Part shown: positions 63,265-64,000 of the stretch, piece after piece
How the letters are laid out: each line of letters begins with the position of its first letter
How positions within the stretch are numbered: the stretch's first letter is position 1
NCBI GenBank assembly: GCA_964595345.1
Contig: CAZQPY010000008.1
Coordinates: 20,496 to 84,495 of the forward strand
Origin: an uncultured Terracidiphilus sp.
Lineage (GTDB): Bacteria; Acidobacteriota; Terriglobia; Terriglobales; Acidobacteriaceae
Length of the DNA: 64,000 nt
Direction of reading: 5' to 3'
Translations under genes and position numbers: made by a program
Notes under the pieces: model-generated
The model's database searches: none
The model's input: the letters and a program-made list of their open reading frames with translations, nothing else
What the model was told of the DNA's origin: nothing

Positions 63265-64000
63265 CGCGCAATGTCCTTCCCGTCAGGCCGACAAACACAT
63301 CTTCGAGGGTTGCCGAGTGGGTTCGAAACTCGCTCAGGTGCAGACCCTGTTCATTGAGCGTTGCGAAGATGCGGGGAACAGTCGTATGCAACTCATCCAC
63401 CGAAAGCTGATGGCTCCCGGCATCGACGCGATGCGATTGAATGCCGGCGAGAGCCAGGAGCGGAGTTATATCGACTGGATGGTGTTCGCGCCCGGAGCCG
63501 CCCTGCTTCGTGGTGACGGCAAACTCCACAACGTGCTCGCCGCCCACCGAAGCAATCAGTTGCTGGGGTGTGCCGAGGGCGATGATCTTTCCATGATCCA
63601 TGATGGCGACACGATCGCAGAGCCGCTCCGCCTCGTCCATATAGTGAGTGGTGAGAATGATCGTGCGCCCCGCCCTCTTCAGCTCATCCACAAGGTCCCA
63701 CAAGTGGCGGCGCGCCTGGGGATCCAGGCCGGTGGTTGGCTCATCCAGAAACAGCAGTTCGGGATCTCCCACCAGCGCGCAAGCCATGGCCAGGCGCTGC
63801 TTCTGGCCACCCGACAATCCACCGACTCGAGATTTTCGTTTCTCGTCAAGCTGCGCCATGCGGATCGACTCTTCGAGGGGAAGTCCGTGCCGGTAAAAGC
63901 TGCGGAAGAGCCGCAGAGTCTCCTCCACCGATAGCTTGGCCGGAAACTGCGTCTCCTGCAGCTGGATGCCGATCCTGTGGCGCAAGTCGTCGGCTTCCGT
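63257..64000 (-). CDS. ABC transporter ATP-binding protein (ABC-2/DrrA-like), 5' end outside window
   Basis: The frame stays open to base 64000. Signature LSGGQKQRLAMACAL, Walker B LLFLDEPTTGLD, and H-loop TTHYMDEA. The Walker A motif lies beyond the window. Confidence 0.85.
   Translation of the reverse strand, partial: TEADDLRHRIGIQLQETQFPAKLSVEETLRLFRSFYRHGLPLEESIRMAQLDEKRKSRVGGLSGGQKQRLAMACALVGDPELLFLDEPTTGLDPQARRHLWDLVDELKRAGRTIILTTHYMDEAERLCDRVAIMDHGKIIALGTPQQLIASVGGEHVVEFAVTTKQGGSGREHHPVDITPLLALAGIQSHRVDAGSHQLSVDELHTTVPRIFATLNEQGLHLSEFRTHSATLEDVFVGLTGRTLRDE

Overview
High-GC chromosomal segment (GC judged by eye, not computed), densely coding on both strands with about 60 credible CDS. 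I found no rRNA, tRNA, CRISPR array, transposase or integrase. The gene content (a TIGR03435-family protein, a tol-pal cluster with a TonB-type TolA, GC-rich palindromic intergenic repeats) suggests an Acidobacteriota (Terriglobia-like) genome; this is inference only. Landmarks, left to right: an ETF-alpha-like gene, a TPR protein, lgt, hpt, recN, a complete tolQ-tolR-tolA-tolB-pal-cpoB cluster, a GT2 glycosyltransferase, mrp, prfB with its programmed +1 frameshift, lnt, an APC permease, murC, a GH30 hydrolase, a YbbA/YbbP-like ABC pair, ubiX, a HigB/HigA-like toxin-antitoxin islet, purB, an SLT transglycosylase, an orphan GvpL/GvpF homologue, pgsA, an SRAP peptidase, an MCP, a deoxyhypusine-synthase-like gene, a PAS-GAF-HD-GYP protein, a hutF-hutU-hutI-M20 operon, and an ABC-2 exporter that runs off the right edge. 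Most of the window is ordinary core genome, and I could not identify an unambiguous new multi-gene system. The best candidates for a second look are: (1) a low-GC three-gene islet (toxin, antitoxin, an unrecognisable 281-aa protein) behind a perfect 24-bp palindrome; (2) three short-period (7-8 nt) tandem arrays, two of them immediately upstream of start codons, with G-quadruplex potential; (3) a MITE-like palindromic repeat family and a repeat cluster; (4) a 447-bp ORF-free convergent spacer rich in hairpins; (5) an orphan GvpL/GvpF gene; (6) a hut operon in which an M20 deacylase sits where HutG would be expected. Start codons were chosen by eye from the sequence and several are uncertain.
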